Below are positions 53,001-63,937 of a DNA stretch of 64,000 nucleotides, in pieces. The translations under genes and the position numbers were made by a program. Position 1 is the stretch's first letter. The number at the start of each line of letters is the position of its first letter. The notes beneath the pieces were generated by a model that did no database searches, was not told the origin of the DNA, and saw nothing but the letters and a program-made list of their open reading frames with translations. Source of the stretch: a virus (lineage: Duplodnaviria > Heunggongvirae > Uroviricota > Caudoviricetes); IMG/VR virus record IMGVR_UViG_3300033405_000002, positions 179,595 to 243,594 of that record, one strand, 5' to 3'.

Positions 53001-53678
53001 ATGGCACAAGGCGGCTACATTTATCGGCAGGGCACATCAGCCAATACCGAAACCGTCATTTCCAGTCGGTTCAAGATTTTTACCGACATGGTGGATGTTG
53101 GCGCGTTCGTAAAGTTGGGTGTGACCTCGACCTTCAGCTACACAGAATCGAAGACCATTGACGCGGTGCGCGGTTTGGGCTACGGCGATCAGGTCGCTGA
53201 ACTCGTGCCGGGTGTCACCACGCCGCTGAGCATCAGCATCACGCGTACTTGCCTGTATCTGGCGAACCTCATGCAGGTTCTCGGTTACAAGGCGGGCGTG
53301 AGCGGCGCTGTTCGTTCACTCAAGCATCACCGTTGGCCCTTCGACATCAAGACTGAGATCGTTTTCTCAGAATTGGCAAACGAAGACCCACAGGCAAACA
53401 CCACTCCCGGTGGGCCAATCCTAGCAGACATCCCGAACGAAGGTGGTTTGAACAACACTGGTAACCCCGGACTGTACTGCGTTGCAACCGTCTATGAAGG
53501 CTGCTGGATGGAGTCTTACAACACCAACTACACGATTGACACGGCGGCTGTTGCGGAAGATTGCACGGTCACGGTCACTGACATTTTCGACGTGAGCGGT
53601 TCGATCTACGGCGAGTTCTTGGACGCAGGTCTGAACAAGCAGGATACAACCGGACGCTCGCTACTCTACAGCGTCTAA
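53001..53678 (+). CDS. probable abundant virion protein (tube or capsid-associated)
   Basis: 225 aa, followed by a strong terminator. Confidence 0.5.
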   Translation: MAQGGYIYRQGTSANTETVISSRFKIFTDMVDVGAFVKLGVTSTFSYTESKTIDAVRGLGYGDQVAELVPGVTTPLSISITRTCLYLANLMQVLGYKAGVSGAVRSLKHHRWPFDIKTEIVFSELANEDPQANTTPGGPILADIPNEGGLNNTGNPGLYCVATVYEGCWMESYNTNYTIDTAAVAEDCTVTVTDIFDVSGSIYGEFLDAGLNKQDTTGRSLLYSV

Positions 53679-53708
53679 TCATCTTCTGGACGATGAATCC
53701 AGAATCCA

Positions 53709-53744
53709 AAGCCCCGGTTACAAGCCGGGGCTTTTCGTTTTATT
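53709..53744. terminator. bidirectional rho-independent terminator
   Basis: GCCCCGG-TTACAA-GCCGGGGC followed by TTTTCGTTTT; sits between convergent genes. Confidence 0.7.
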
Positions 53745-54672
53745 GGTTGTGGATGGACACCGTAGTGCCGAGACCTTCTGTTTCCCATCGCCAGTTTCTA
53801 TGGCTCCAGATGACCTCTTTGATCGGCTTGCGGTAGAGTTCCCGCGTGAACATGGCGTAGATGATATTCTCTGTGTCCGCCTTTACGATCACGCCGATAC
53901 CGCCACGGTCACCCACTACAGCGATGCGGTCACCCGTCTGGATGATGCGCTTGACTGGCTTTGTATCGTACCAATCCTTGCGTTGGTCAACGAGATAACC
54001 CATCCCTTGCGCTGACCAGCCGTAGTCTTTAATCCACAGGGGAATAGTCTTGCCGCCGACACAGGGTTCACTCCCCGTCTGAATGTAAATGTCCACGTTG
54101 AACGGGATGAGTGTGGATTCTACACGCTTCTTAATCTCCGCGATCTGCCACGGAAACATGTTGTGCGGCACGATGAAAAACTTTGGATAGGCGTACTGCG
54201 CACGCCAGCCGAGCGAGTGTTCATAGAGACGGCCCCAGAGCAACACTTCGCCGTGGATTCCTTGCGCGGCGTAACCAATGTTGATGAGATGCTGTAGGTT
54301 GATGCCAGCATACATGCCGCACGTGCAATCTTCATTCGGCACAAGGTGCGCTGGTTCAGGGAAGTCGGTGAACTGGACGCCATTTATTGAGAGTGACGAC
54401 GAGAGCAACGAGGAAAGTTTTCGTCCCTCTTCGGCATGGGGGCACTTAGCTTCGAAGGCAACGCCCGGAGTCCAGCGTGCATTGTTGAGAGACTTGATGC
54501 CTTCGGCGTCCCACTGCCAGACGCGGTAGGCGGTGATCGGTGACGTGTAATCGGGGATGCCCTCGATAGCTGGTGTCTGCGGACGTGAGCGCACGTCGCG
54601 CTTGCTCAGCTTGAGCGGAGTCGGCTTCGCTTTAAGACACTTCCGCTTCGCTTTGGGGCGGCGTGGTTTCAT
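53740..54672 (-). CDS. hypothetical protein (minus strand)
   Basis: 310 aa; basic N-terminus. Confidence 0.5.
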   Translation of the reverse strand: MKPRRPKAKRKCLKAKPTPLKLSKRDVRSRPQTPAIEGIPDYTSPITAYRVWQWDAEGIKSLNNARWTPGVAFEAKCPHAEEGRKLSSLLSSSLSINGVQFTDFPEPAHLVPNEDCTCGMYAGINLQHLINIGYAAQGIHGEVLLWGRLYEHSLGWRAQYAYPKFFIVPHNMFPWQIAEIKKRVESTLIPFNVDIYIQTGSEPCVGGKTIPLWIKDYGWSAQGMGYLVDQRKDWYDTKPVKRIIQTGDRIAVVGDRGGIGVIVKADTENIIYAMFTRELYRKPIKEVIWSHRNWRWETEGLGTTVSIHNQ

Positions 54673-54676
54673 TATT

Positions 54677-54826
54677 TGGTGTTGACTTCAACGGGTACGA
54701 GCACAGGCACTTCGATGCGCTGCGGTTCGGGTTCAGGCTCCACTTCGCGGTTTGGCATCGCGCAGGGAAGCTCTAAAGGATCAACCACAACGATTCGTTT
54801 TGGTTCGCCGATGTAGCACATTAGGT
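54677..54826 (-). CDS. small ORF (49 aa) between the minus-strand promoter and the 53740 gene
   Basis: GGAGAA RBS; its stop overlaps the ATG of the downstream gene. Confidence 0.25.
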
Positions 54827-54868
54827 TTTCTCCAAAAGGAAAGGTGGGAGATTTTGTCCCCCACCCTA

Positions 54869-54897
54869 GTATACTGCAAGTCCGGCGATTTTGGCTA
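54869..54897 (-). promoter_or_regulatory. sigma70-type promoter TAGCCA-N18-TATACT on the minus strand
   Basis: minus-strand sequence ctAGCCAAAAtcgccggacttgcagTATACT, near-identical to 6031-6060. Confidence 0.5.
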
Positions 54898-55704
54898 GTT
54901 CTGGTTTACCAGCTTGCCGAACACGCCGCCAACTTCCTGAGTGGCGTCAATGCGCGTGGTCAACGGCATCTCTTTTGCCACTTCGGTGAAAGCGTTCAAC
55001 AGGTTCCAAGCGTTGCGATCACGGAACGCGGCAAACTTCGGCTCGTCGCTGTTGACGAACTCGTTGAAGTAGACGTTCGAGACGGTCGGCATGAACCGGA
55101 CAGGCATGATCTGCTGCGCAAAGATGTCATGAATCATGCACTTGGCGCGGTCAGAGTCCATCGCGTAGTTCTGGAGACGGTCAACTTCCATCTTCAACTG
55201 GCGATAGTGACGGTCATACTCGTCCAGAGACTTCACCAGTTCGTCCATCAGGTTCAAACCACTGGTGTGACGGCGCTTCATGATGATGGTCTCGCCGGAG
55301 AACGCCATGTTATCGCAGACGAATACGCGCAGACCAGCGATCATCTGGAGCGCCATCGTCTTGTTGTTCGCGGTGCGCAGACCAAGGCTGGCGCAGGTGC
55401 CGCCGATGCCGTTCAGAGTCAGGTCAAGCGTACCGAACAGGCGCATACCATTGGCGGACATCGCAAACTGTTCGCGAGTGATCTGGATGTCCCGGTCATT
55501 CAGGCGACGTTCCAGAGACTCGATCAGTTCGATGTGAGCAACAGGCTTGAAGGAATCGGTGCCGATGACGGCGGGAAGAGCGGCTAACTGCTCACGGGTC
55601 ACGAGGTTAGTGTTCTTGTGGGCCGAAAGCGAAGAGCTTGCTGCGATGACTTCTGCCATAAATTCCCCCTTTAATTTGACTGCCTTTACACTCTTATTAT
55701 ACAA
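54895..55704 (-). CDS. hypothetical protein (minus strand)
   Basis: 269 aa. Confidence 0.5.
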   Translation of the reverse strand: MYNKSVKAVKLKGEFMAEVIAASSSLSAHKNTNLVTREQLAALPAVIGTDSFKPVAHIELIESLERRLNDRDIQITREQFAMSANGMRLFGTLDLTLNGIGGTCASLGLRTANNKTMALQMIAGLRVFVCDNMAFSGETIIMKRRHTSGLNLMDELVKSLDEYDRHYRQLKMEVDRLQNYAMDSDRAKCMIHDIFAQQIMPVRFMPTVSNVYFNEFVNSDEPKFAAFRDRNAWNLLNAFTEVAKEMPLTTRIDATQEVGGVFGKLVNQN

Positions 55705-55768
55705 CCCGGTGGTGAAAAATGTCCATTTATATCCTCAGTGTTTTCAGTCTTTTGGCACCCTAATTAGG

Positions 55769-58700
55769 ATGAACTCCCCACTTTTCAAAAAGAGAGCGAT
55801 GGACGCCCTGCTCGATACCATGGTTGACACACCCTACGACTCGCTGGGAAACCACAGTCGCGGCGAGCTTGAGTCACTGCCTGAACAGAAAGGCACCGAG
55901 ATGGAGTCCACGCACGAGCACAGCGTTATGATCCCGTCGAAAGACATTGCTCAAGCCCCCGATCCTGCAACCGCAGAGTTTTTCAAAGAGAGTGATCCGG
56001 TGATGAAAGGTGAGCCGCCAGCGAGCATTGACGGCGTTCCGGTCTACGCATCTGGTGTTGCGCCCATCGTCCCGATTGAAGAAGAAAAAGAAGAGCATGA
56101 GTTTTTCAAGGAAGCGCCGGAGTTTGAAATAAACGCGTCCGGCATCCGCCGCATCGCAAAGGGAGATTCCCCGGAGTGGGAATACATCCAGAACTTTTTA
56201 TTGAAGCACGACTACCGTTGGCTTGGTAGAGTCTCCGATGGTACTGAGTTGTGGGGACGTAAAGAGCAGCGTGTGTCTTACGATCCTGCTAGAAAGATGT
56301 GGTCGCATACAGTCAATGGGGTCACCGATCTCAGCGGCCGCGTGGATGAACTTGAAGAAAAGTTGATGTACTACGGCTTGGACAAGCCCCTTCCCCCGGA
56401 ACCAAAAACATCTGCGCTCAAATCTTGCGTAGCATGTGAGTGCGGGGACTGCTTTGAACACTCATCCGTCGTCGCGTCTGAACCCGAAGAGCCTGCGCCG
56501 ACATCAACGCATGGCAATGTGCCGGACACAGGAAAGTATGATTTTGAGCACGAAGCACACGTGCGCCAAGAAGCGAAAGACTGGTCGCAATACGCCGAAG
56601 AGCGCGACAATGAAGGTGACATCCGCCCGTATGATGAGAGCGGAAACTACCTGTGCGGCACGTGCGACATGCGCCGCGAGCCAAGCCAATGTGCGCGTGT
56701 TGAAGGCGAAATCGACCTGACGGCTGGCGGCTGCAAACTCTACCACATCGGTAAGCCTGAGACTGATCCGCCGATGAAGAAGAAATTTTCGCGGGAAGAG
56801 GCGCGTTATAGCGAGCACGAAGGCGGCTTCGGTTGCCATCGTTGTGAGTATGGTTCGAAAGCTAAAGCCGCTGATGAAGAAGGGCGCGAGTCATGGTGCT
56901 CGTTCTGGGGAATGCACATTGACCCGATGGCTTGCTGCGCCGAATGGGAAGAGGGCGGCGAGACAAAGACAGCAGCTACGCCACTTGAGTTCGAGAAGCT
57001 GGATAAACGGTGGTCGAAGTTCTACCACAGCCTTGAAGGTAAAGAGAAGTCAGTTGATTTCCTGAAAGCTGTCATTCCTGCTGTCAAGGACTTCGCCGCG
57101 AAATTGTACGAATACGCACGGAGCGTGGGTTCAAACGAAGCTCTGTTCGAGCATGTGCAGCCGGAGCTAGGGAATGTGTTACCCAACATCGCTACGTGTT
57201 TGACCGCGCTGAAACAGGTTGAACTGGACATGGAGTATTTGGACTCCGATTGGGCAGAGCGCAGCGGACGTAATGAATCCGATATGCACTGGTCGTGGAG
57301 CCATGCGCTTAGTTCTTTATACATCGCGTTCAACAACATGCGTGTTGAATACTACCATTTGCAGCCGAAAGAAAAGCAGGCGGATAGCACAACCAAGAGC
57401 TACGGCTTGAACCAGCCGCTAGGCGGCACCGCTAACCCGGACGCTGGCGTAGACGATCCCACGGAAGATGAAGACGAGAACGCCGCCATGAATATGACTT
57501 CGGCGCTCGAAAAAATCGCGGCTATGGGTGACGACACCAGTTGGTGGATGAAGTCTGCTCGTCCAACAGAGCAAAAGATTGAACTATTGCAGAAGCAGCT
57601 AGGACTTACGCCGGAGCAGATTGAACTCTGCATCAACGTTGACCCCAGCCCCCAGCAGAAGGATTTCGTAGCCACAATCGCAAAGTGGCTTGCCAAGAAA
57701 CTCGTGAACTTGCCAGAAGACGGAGCAAGACTTAAAGAGCAATTGGAGATATTCCAAAAACTCAAGAAGTCACCGAACTTCCAAGGCGACAAAGACATTC
57801 AGAAGTACGACCCGGCGAAGCTCTACCAGACCGTAGAGCAGAATCAAGAAGCCGTCAGCAAGAAGGAAAAAGCCCGCGAGACAGTAGCCAAAGGCGCAAC
57901 CATCATCGTGCGAGACGGCGATCTGGTGATCTATAAAGTCACAGACGTTAAAGCGTTGAACCAACTTAGCGGCGGCACCAACTGGTGTACAGCGCACACA
58001 AGTCATGCTAGTCGTTATCTAAAAATGGGGCCGTCTTACGTGATGTTCAAGGGCGGTAGCGCGTTCGCGCAACTCCACCCCGCGTCCAACCAACTCATGA
58101 ACCGCGCCGATGTGTGCATGGTGAATAAGATTGAAAATGAAGGCGAAACTATCGCCAAGTTCATTGACGATCCTACCGCACTACGCGGACTCCAACTTTT
58201 AGCCGCCACAGAGCCGAATGTAGCCGCATGGGTGAAAGAGAACGCAACAGACAAAGAAACGCTCATTGAAGTTCTCGGTAAGAAGAGAGAGGAAGAAGCA
58301 GGCAAAGGGACGGACAACCGCGAGATGGCAGTTTGGTACGCCATCACTAAGGGTGAACAGCTTGACCCCAAGGAAGAAGCGATGCTTCCGAAACGTGTTG
58401 ACTTGGGTATGCTTCTTAAGTACGGTCAAAAGTTTCATTCAGGTCAGCCGTGGGAACCGCTTGAGAAGCGGATTCTGACAGACAAGTTTGTCAGCACTGA
58501 AATTGCCGATTACGCCATTGAGTTTTTGAAGGGTCGCTGGCCCAAGGCTGAGCAAACAATTCTCCGTAGAGCATTTGGCACGGGCGTGATAGGTAAAGGC
58601 CCGATGAGCACCGCGCTTGACTACGCCCAACGTGTAATTAAGGGGCGCTGGCCTCAACTCGAAAAGAAGTTCCACACGGCGGCTCCTACGTCAACCAACG

Positions 58701-60499
58701 GTTACGGTTCAGCACAATATGCCATTCTGATTTTGAAACAGGCTTGGCGGAACGTGCCTGACATCAAGCCGCGTGAAGATGGCAGATTCAACGAAGAAGT
58801 CATCATCATGTCTTCGCCGAAAGACGCTAACGAATATTACAAAACGTTCATGCCCGCAGAGTTGTGGACTGAGTTTGAGAATGAAGGTTACGCGAGCGCA
58901 GCGGGGTTGTACGACAAAGACTTTGACGAAAAGCATGATTGCTACATTATTCGTCAATGGCGTGACGCGGCTGCTTGCGTTCGTAGCATTGGTGTGGAAG
59001 ACGCGGACGAAGCCTTGGATTATGCACTCGAAGCAGAAACGGAAGCTGGGATAGATGTTACCCTGCCCGATGATGAGGACATGGTAGATAGGATCGTTGG
59101 AAACATCAGCTACAGAGCCATGCAACGGATTGGTCAGTCCCTTCAAGAAGAAGTGCCAACTTACATTCAGAGATGGGCATCCCAGAACAACATTGATGAA
59201 ATTGACTTTACCGATCAGCGACAACTCGCATCTGTCTTGATGTTTATGGCTAATTACGCACCGGAATGCTCCGTGTGGCGCAACATGCGAGAGGCGTTCA
59301 GCAAGGATGCAGAGGCGCAGTACAAAGGCCAACTCGCGAGCGATTTGGAATACGAGTTCACATCCGGTATGTATGAGCGCTCAGAAGGCTGGTATACAAC
59401 CCTGCTCTTCGGGCCAAACTTTGACGAAGCGTGGAGTGGTGACTGGCACCAAGGCCCGGTGTACGAAGTGCTTGACCGCGATGGTGCTGTGCGATTGATG
59501 CAAGACTTCCCGAATCCAGAGGAAGAAATCAAAAATATTGGCGACGGAGAAGTTGAACTTTGGCTGGACGCCAGCAGCACCAGATACAACCTCGAACATG
59601 ATGACAGCGAGAACAACGAAGAAGCCTACGAACTGATGGATCGTTGGTATACGAAAGGGCAGCCGCAGCAAAGCGACGAAAATCAAATGAGACTACAATT
59701 CCAATCCAGCCTGCTGAAGAAGAAGGCGCTTGTTGACATGCACGAAACGCCAACGAAGCTGCCGCCCCGCGACGACATGAAACGTCATCTTGACGAGCAG
59801 GAACAGGATGAAATCATGGACGGCGTTCTGCCGGAAGACAAGATGCCGCACCGTCCGGGTCAAATTGATCCGCGCATCAACCCTATGGGTGTCCGCGCCA
59901 AGCGCAAGGAAGGCGCGAACGCAGGCGTATGGGATTTCCCAACGTTCAAGCAATGGTGGGCTGCGGCGAAGCAAGCGCCGGAACTCGTGAAGAAAAATTT
60001 CAGCGTTGATACAGTGCCGGGATTTGGTCTCGCTAACGGCGCGATCCGCCTGATGTGGGGCGGCAAGACTTTGGGCTATGTTGGTTTCCCATTGCAAGAG
60101 TTTGAAGGTCTCGTGGGTCCGGTAAAGAGATGGCTTGAGAAAGGCAAAGAAGACATCGACCCATATCAGATGGAACGGCTCGGCAGCAAACAGGCTGACT
60201 ACTCTGACCAAGACTGGGCGGACGATGAGCAAGCGGAATACTTCCTCGATCAGGTGCGGGACGCTAAGAACGAAGCTAAGCGTCATTTCATGCAAGAGGA
60301 TTATTTGCAACAGATTGCAGACGAACAGATTCCTCCTATGACGATGGAGCAGCTTTGGGACAAGATGGGCGACGAATATACCGCTGAATTCTACGGTACG
60401 CCGTACACGAAAGTGCCGGATTGGACTGACGAAGAAGGCGGCTGGCAAGGCGAACGCGTTTCGAGCAAGAAGCGCAATGACTTTCGAGTCAATAGGTAG
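55769..60499 (+). CDS. giant hypothetical protein (about 1576 aa) with Cys clusters and acidic regions, possibly a virion internal or ejection protein
   Basis: the ORF is open from 55547, but its start must lie after the minus gene ends at 55704; ends with TAG. Confidence 0.6.
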   Translation: MNSPLFKKRAMDALLDTMVDTPYDSLGNHSRGELESLPEQKGTEMESTHEHSVMIPSKDIAQAPDPATAEFFKESDPVMKGEPPASIDGVPVYASGVAPIVPIEEEKEEHEFFKEAPEFEINASGIRRIAKGDSPEWEYIQNFLLKHDYRWLGRVSDGTELWGRKEQRVSYDPARKMWSHTVNGVTDLSGRVDELEEKLMYYGLDKPLPPEPKTSALKSCVACECGDCFEHSSVVASEPEEPAPTSTHGNVPDTGKYDFEHEAHVRQEAKDWSQYAEERDNEGDIRPYDESGNYLCGTCDMRREPSQCARVEGEIDLTAGGCKLYHIGKPETDPPMKKKFSREEARYSEHEGGFGCHRCEYGSKAKAADEEGRESWCSFWGMHIDPMACCAEWEEGGETKTAATPLEFEKLDKRWSKFYHSLEGKEKSVDFLKAVIPAVKDFAAKLYEYARSVGSNEALFEHVQPELGNVLPNIATCLTALKQVELDMEYLDSDWAERSGRNESDMHWSWSHALSSLYIAFNNMRVEYYHLQPKEKQADSTTKSYGLNQPLGGTANPDAGVDDPTEDEDENAAMNMTSALEKIAAMGDDTSWWMKSARPTEQKIELLQKQLGLTPEQIELCINVDPSPQQKDFVATIAKWLAKKLVNLPEDGARLKEQLEIFQKLKKSPNFQGDKDIQKYDPAKLYQTVEQNQEAVSKKEKARETVAKGATIIVRDGDLVIYKVTDVKALNQLSGGTNWCTAHTSHASRYLKMGPSYVMFKGGSAFAQLHPASNQLMNRADVCMVNKIENEGETIAKFIDDPTALRGLQLLAATEPNVAAWVKENATDKETLIEVLGKKREEEAGKGTDNREMAVWYAITKGEQLDPKEEAMLPKRVDLGMLLKYGQKFHSGQPWEPLEKRILTDKFVSTEIADYAIEFLKGRWPKAEQTILRRAFGTGVIGKGPMSTALDYAQRVIKGRWPQLEKKFHTAAPTSTNGYGSAQYAILILKQAWRNVPDIKPREDGRFNEEVIIMSSPKDANEYYKTFMPAELWTEFENEGYASAAGLYDKDFDEKHDCYIIRQWRDAAACVRSIGVEDADEALDYALEAETEAGIDVTLPDDEDMVDRIVGNISYRAMQRIGQSLQEEVPTYIQRWASQNNIDEIDFTDQRQLASVLMFMANYAPECSVWRNMREAFSKDAEAQYKGQLASDLEYEFTSGMYERSEGWYTTLLFGPNFDEAWSGDWHQGPVYEVLDRDGAVRLMQDFPNPEEEIKNIGDGEVELWLDASSTRYNLEHDDSENNEEAYELMDRWYTKGQPQQSDENQMRLQFQSSLLKKKALVDMHETPTKLPPRDDMKRHLDEQEQDEIMDGVLPEDKMPHRPGQIDPRINPMGVRAKRKEGANAGVWDFPTFKQWWAAAKQAPELVKKNFSVDTVPGFGLANGAIRLMWGGKTLGYVGFPLQEFEGLVGPVKRWLEKGKEDIDPYQMERLGSKQADYSDQDWADDEQAEYFLDQVRDAKNEAKRHFMQEDYLQQIADEQIPPMTMEQLWDKMGDEYTAEFYGTPYTKVPDWTDEEGGWQGERVSSKKRNDFRVNR

Positions 60500-60507
60500 A
60501 GGGAAAA

Positions 60508-61443
60508 ATGTCTTTCAAAAAGACTGCCAACGCGGGGTTAATTGATCCGATTCTGAAGGACTCAGATTGGATGAAGAAGTTTGGCAACCGTGCTTTTCGC
60601 GGTTGTGACATAGACTCCGACCATCCCTTCTGCAAAGTGGCGAGTGGTGCAACGGCGGCGGCACGCAAGATGGCTGCTGATACGAGCAAGTATATTCTGA
60701 GCCACTGCACGATCATGGCGTCTGTCATGACCGAAGAAGAACCCTTCGACTACCTCATCAAGCCTGAAACATCGCATCTTGTGAATAACAACGACGACGC
60801 GTGGACAAACGAAGTGCTGAAGCTCAGTCACCGTTCATTCGTAGGCGCGTTCAATTTCGTTGAACATTTCCAGAACTCCAAATATGCGAAGGGGCACATT
60901 CTTGACGCCGTGTTGCGAAAGATCAATATCGCCGAAGGCGGGCAGATTTGGGTCTACTTCTGCGACATCCTAGTGGCTACGGACATCACCCACGAGAAGC
61001 TGGTTGATGACATCCGTGAAGGCAAAGTCCGCTACCTTTCGATGGGTTGCGTCACCGATTTGGTCATTTGCAGCTATTGCGGATCACATGTCACGGACGC
61101 CAACACATACTGTAACCACCTTTCTTATCAAAAGGGTACGTTCCTTGCGGACGATGATGGTATCCCCCGGCGCATCGCTGAGCTTTGCGGTCACAAGACC
61201 ATGCCGAATGGCGGGGTCAAGTTCGTGGAAGCCAGTTGGGTAGCAACTCCGGCCTTCCCCGGCGCAGCGAAACGCAACATCGTGGCGGAAGAGTGGGTGG
61301 GCCCGAAAACGCCGTACACGCAGAAACAGGCAGCCTTGCCTAGCAAGTTTGCTATGACGGCATCGAAAAATACTGAATATGTAGACCTTTCATTGAGCGA
61401 TGCTCTGCTTGATGCAGACCTACGTGGGAACCTGAGACGGTAA
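60508..61443 (+). CDS. hypothetical protein
   Basis: 311 aa. Confidence 0.5.
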   Translation: MSFKKTANAGLIDPILKDSDWMKKFGNRAFRGCDIDSDHPFCKVASGATAAARKMAADTSKYILSHCTIMASVMTEEEPFDYLIKPETSHLVNNNDDAWTNEVLKLSHRSFVGAFNFVEHFQNSKYAKGHILDAVLRKINIAEGGQIWVYFCDILVATDITHEKLVDDIREGKVRYLSMGCVTDLVICSYCGSHVTDANTYCNHLSYQKGTFLADDDGIPRRIAELCGHKTMPNGGVKFVEASWVATPAFPGAAKRNIVAEEWVGPKTPYTQKQAALPSKFAMTASKNTEYVDLSLSDALLDADLRGNLRR

Positions 61444-61450
61444 CGAAATT

Positions 61451-63727
61451 ATGGCAAAACTAAACCTCAAAGTGGTACAAGCCGCACTCGCAAAGAAGCA
61501 AGCCGACCTTGACATGGTTGACGAAGAGATCATGGGGATGCCTGAAATGGCACCCGATGCTCCAGCGGACATGGGCACTTCGCCCGAATTTGACCTGCTC
61601 TCGCAGAAGCGTGAAGAACTCGAAGAAGAGATCACGAAGATGCACGAAGGCGTGCAGCTAATCAGCGAGTGGGAAAAGTTCAAGGGTGGGCCTTGGTCGG
61701 AAGAAGTGAAACAGCTTCTTGGCGAGATCGACGTCGAAATCAGCGACATCGCGAGCGATGAAATTGCTCCCGGCTCGGCAATGCCTGAAATGGGTGCGGA
61801 ACCGCCTGTTGTAGGCGCTCCGGCTCCCGCAGTTCCAGAAGCACCAATTGGCGGCGAAGGCACTGGTGATACGCTTTCCAGTCCCGCAGCCCCGGCTCCC
61901 GAAGAAAGTCCCGTTCCTGAAGCGGGAACAGCAGAACCCGCCCCGATTGAGCCTCCAATGGCGTCAGTCAAGGCAGGAAAATCCCCAACTAGCAAGAAAA
62001 ACAGCTATCAATCCCCTGATAAGAAGGGCGTTTCTGCCCGTTCTGACATGAAAAAGGAAGGCTCCAATATGGCAAATCCGACCCCAGCCAAGGCTTCAGT
62101 CCAAGAGAAGCTGGCAGATACCAAGACCAAGCGCGAATCAATTAAGCGCGAGGCACAGCAGCGCGTCGCGGCTGCGTGGACTATCGCAAAAACGATGCTC
62201 CCCGAAGCTCCGGCAGAGGTTCAGAAAAGCGCAGCGGCCAACCTGCTTCAGAACCCGACACGTGTACTGAACGCAATGTTGCGTCAGACCGCGAAGAACG
62301 CTCACTATTCCAAGCTTGCTGAAACCTTCAAGCAAGTACACAAAGTTGAACTCAACGATCTCCTCGAAGACCCATCCGTATTGCACGCAGAAAAGAAAGC
62401 CGTCGAATCTGAAATCAAGGGCGATGCCAAGAACGCCGCCGCGAAGTCAGCCGACGACCGCAAGGATGCGGGTCCGCAGACATCGACCTATAACGACGGT
62501 CGTGGTTGCGGCGGTGGAAAGCACACCGAACCGAAGCAGATGGATGCAGGCTCTTCCGCCTCGCAGACCGAAGCTGAAGGTCGTCCGATGGACACAGTGA
62601 ACAAGTCTGAAGGCGATTCCGCTAAGAAGACTTCTTCCAAGGAAGCTGCCGTGGAAACAAAGACCGCAAAGAAGTGCGAATGCAAGGGCGAGTGCAAGTG
62701 TGAAGAGAAGAAAGCGTCCGAGAAGACCGCGAAGTGCGACAAGTGCGGAACTTCGGAATGCGATCACAAGCACGCTGCCGAATCGTGTGGCGCTGACTGC
62801 AAGGGCTGCGACAAGTGCGCGGCTTCGAAGAAAGCTGCAATCGACGCTTCCGTAGAAGAGAAGAAAGCTGCACAGTCCAAGAAGGCTGATGAACCGATGG
62901 CGGAAGCCACGGCACCAGCAGACATGGGCGCTGAAGCACCACCGGAAGCCCCGATGGACGCTGCTCCGGCTGAAGAAGCACCGATGGGCGAAGAGCCTCT
63001 TGGTGAAGAGCCGATGGCTGACGAAGGCGATAGCTCCGCTGAAGTTCTCTCTGACGAGAAGAAGATGATCGTCGAAGAGAAGATTGAAGAAGCGCAAGAA
63101 GCTATCCAAGCTCTCGAACAGGAAATCCTGCAAGAGGGTGAAGAAGAGCTTGACCTGTCACAGGTCTTTAACGAGGACGAGATGGAAGAGAAAGTCTCGG
63201 CGCTCGCTAACGAAGGTGACGAACACACTGCTGGTAACGGCGAAGAGTTTTTTGCTCCGTCCGCAGCAGAGAGTATGGAAGCCAGCCTCGATGAGCCTCA
63301 GATGGCCTCGATGGAAGACTTCTTCTCGCTCAAGGGCAGTGACTCCGATCCGCTGGCGCACCTTATCGCTGGTGAGATCAAGACCGCTGAGCAGGTTGCT
63401 GGTATGGAAGTTGTTCCTTCCTTCACTGGTGAAGCTGCAAAGCACTTTGAGTCCGACACTGCAACTGGTGACACTCGTGACAACGAGAACGATCACGACG
63501 GCGATCTGTTCGCAGAAGCTATCGAAGATCAGAAGCCAGAAGACGGCGGCTTCAAGCGCGTGAAACAGGACGAAACAAACGTCATGGAAGCGCCGAAGTC
63601 CGCAGCCAAGACCGCATCGGCGAAGAAAGAAACGCCGAAGGTCATCAAGAAGCTGAAGCCCGTTGTTGCATCTGAGCAGAAGCCGATTGACATTGCATCC
63701 GCCCTATTCGGCAACGACGAGTTCTAA
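61451..63727 (+). CDS. acidic Ala/Pro/Glu-rich protein with a CxC/CxxC cluster
   Basis: 758 aa. Confidence 0.55.
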   Translation: MAKLNLKVVQAALAKKQADLDMVDEEIMGMPEMAPDAPADMGTSPEFDLLSQKREELEEEITKMHEGVQLISEWEKFKGGPWSEEVKQLLGEIDVEISDIASDEIAPGSAMPEMGAEPPVVGAPAPAVPEAPIGGEGTGDTLSSPAAPAPEESPVPEAGTAEPAPIEPPMASVKAGKSPTSKKNSYQSPDKKGVSARSDMKKEGSNMANPTPAKASVQEKLADTKTKRESIKREAQQRVAAAWTIAKTMLPEAPAEVQKSAAANLLQNPTRVLNAMLRQTAKNAHYSKLAETFKQVHKVELNDLLEDPSVLHAEKKAVESEIKGDAKNAAAKSADDRKDAGPQTSTYNDGRGCGGGKHTEPKQMDAGSSASQTEAEGRPMDTVNKSEGDSAKKTSSKEAAVETKTAKKCECKGECKCEEKKASEKTAKCDKCGTSECDHKHAAESCGADCKGCDKCAASKKAAIDASVEEKKAAQSKKADEPMAEATAPADMGAEAPPEAPMDAAPAEEAPMGEEPLGEEPMADEGDSSAEVLSDEKKMIVEEKIEEAQEAIQALEQEILQEGEEELDLSQVFNEDEMEEKVSALANEGDEHTAGNGEEFFAPSAAESMEASLDEPQMASMEDFFSLKGSDSDPLAHLIAGEIKTAEQVAGMEVVPSFTGEAAKHFESDTATGDTRDNENDHDGDLFAEAIEDQKPEDGGFKRVKQDETNVMEAPKSAAKTASAKKETPKVIKKLKPVVASEQKPIDIASALFGNDEF

Positions 63728-63756
63728 CTTAGACCTCGCGACGATCCTTAACTAAG

Positions 63757-63786
63757 AAGCCCCGGTTAAATTCCGGGGCTTTTTGC
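63757..63786 (+). terminator. rho-independent terminator
   Basis: GCCCCGG-TTAAATT-CCGGGGC followed by TTTTT. Confidence 0.7.
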
Positions 63787-63937
63787 TGCTCGAAATCGAC
63801 AATGAACGTGTTTTTTCAATACGCCTCCCTTATATGAACGCGTCCTTCCTATAGTCCTACCCGCCCCCAAAGCGGCCGGATTGGGAAAGACAAATCAAGC
63901 GCTCACTGTTTCAACCCAAAAACTGGAGAAACCACTT

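Noticed and set aside
59693-60448. 251-aa minus-strand ORF
   Set aside because: Antisense to the giant 55769-60499 gene.
62447-63133. 228-aa minus-strand ORF and nested ORFs
   Set aside because: Antisense or alternative frames within the acidic 61451-63727 gene.
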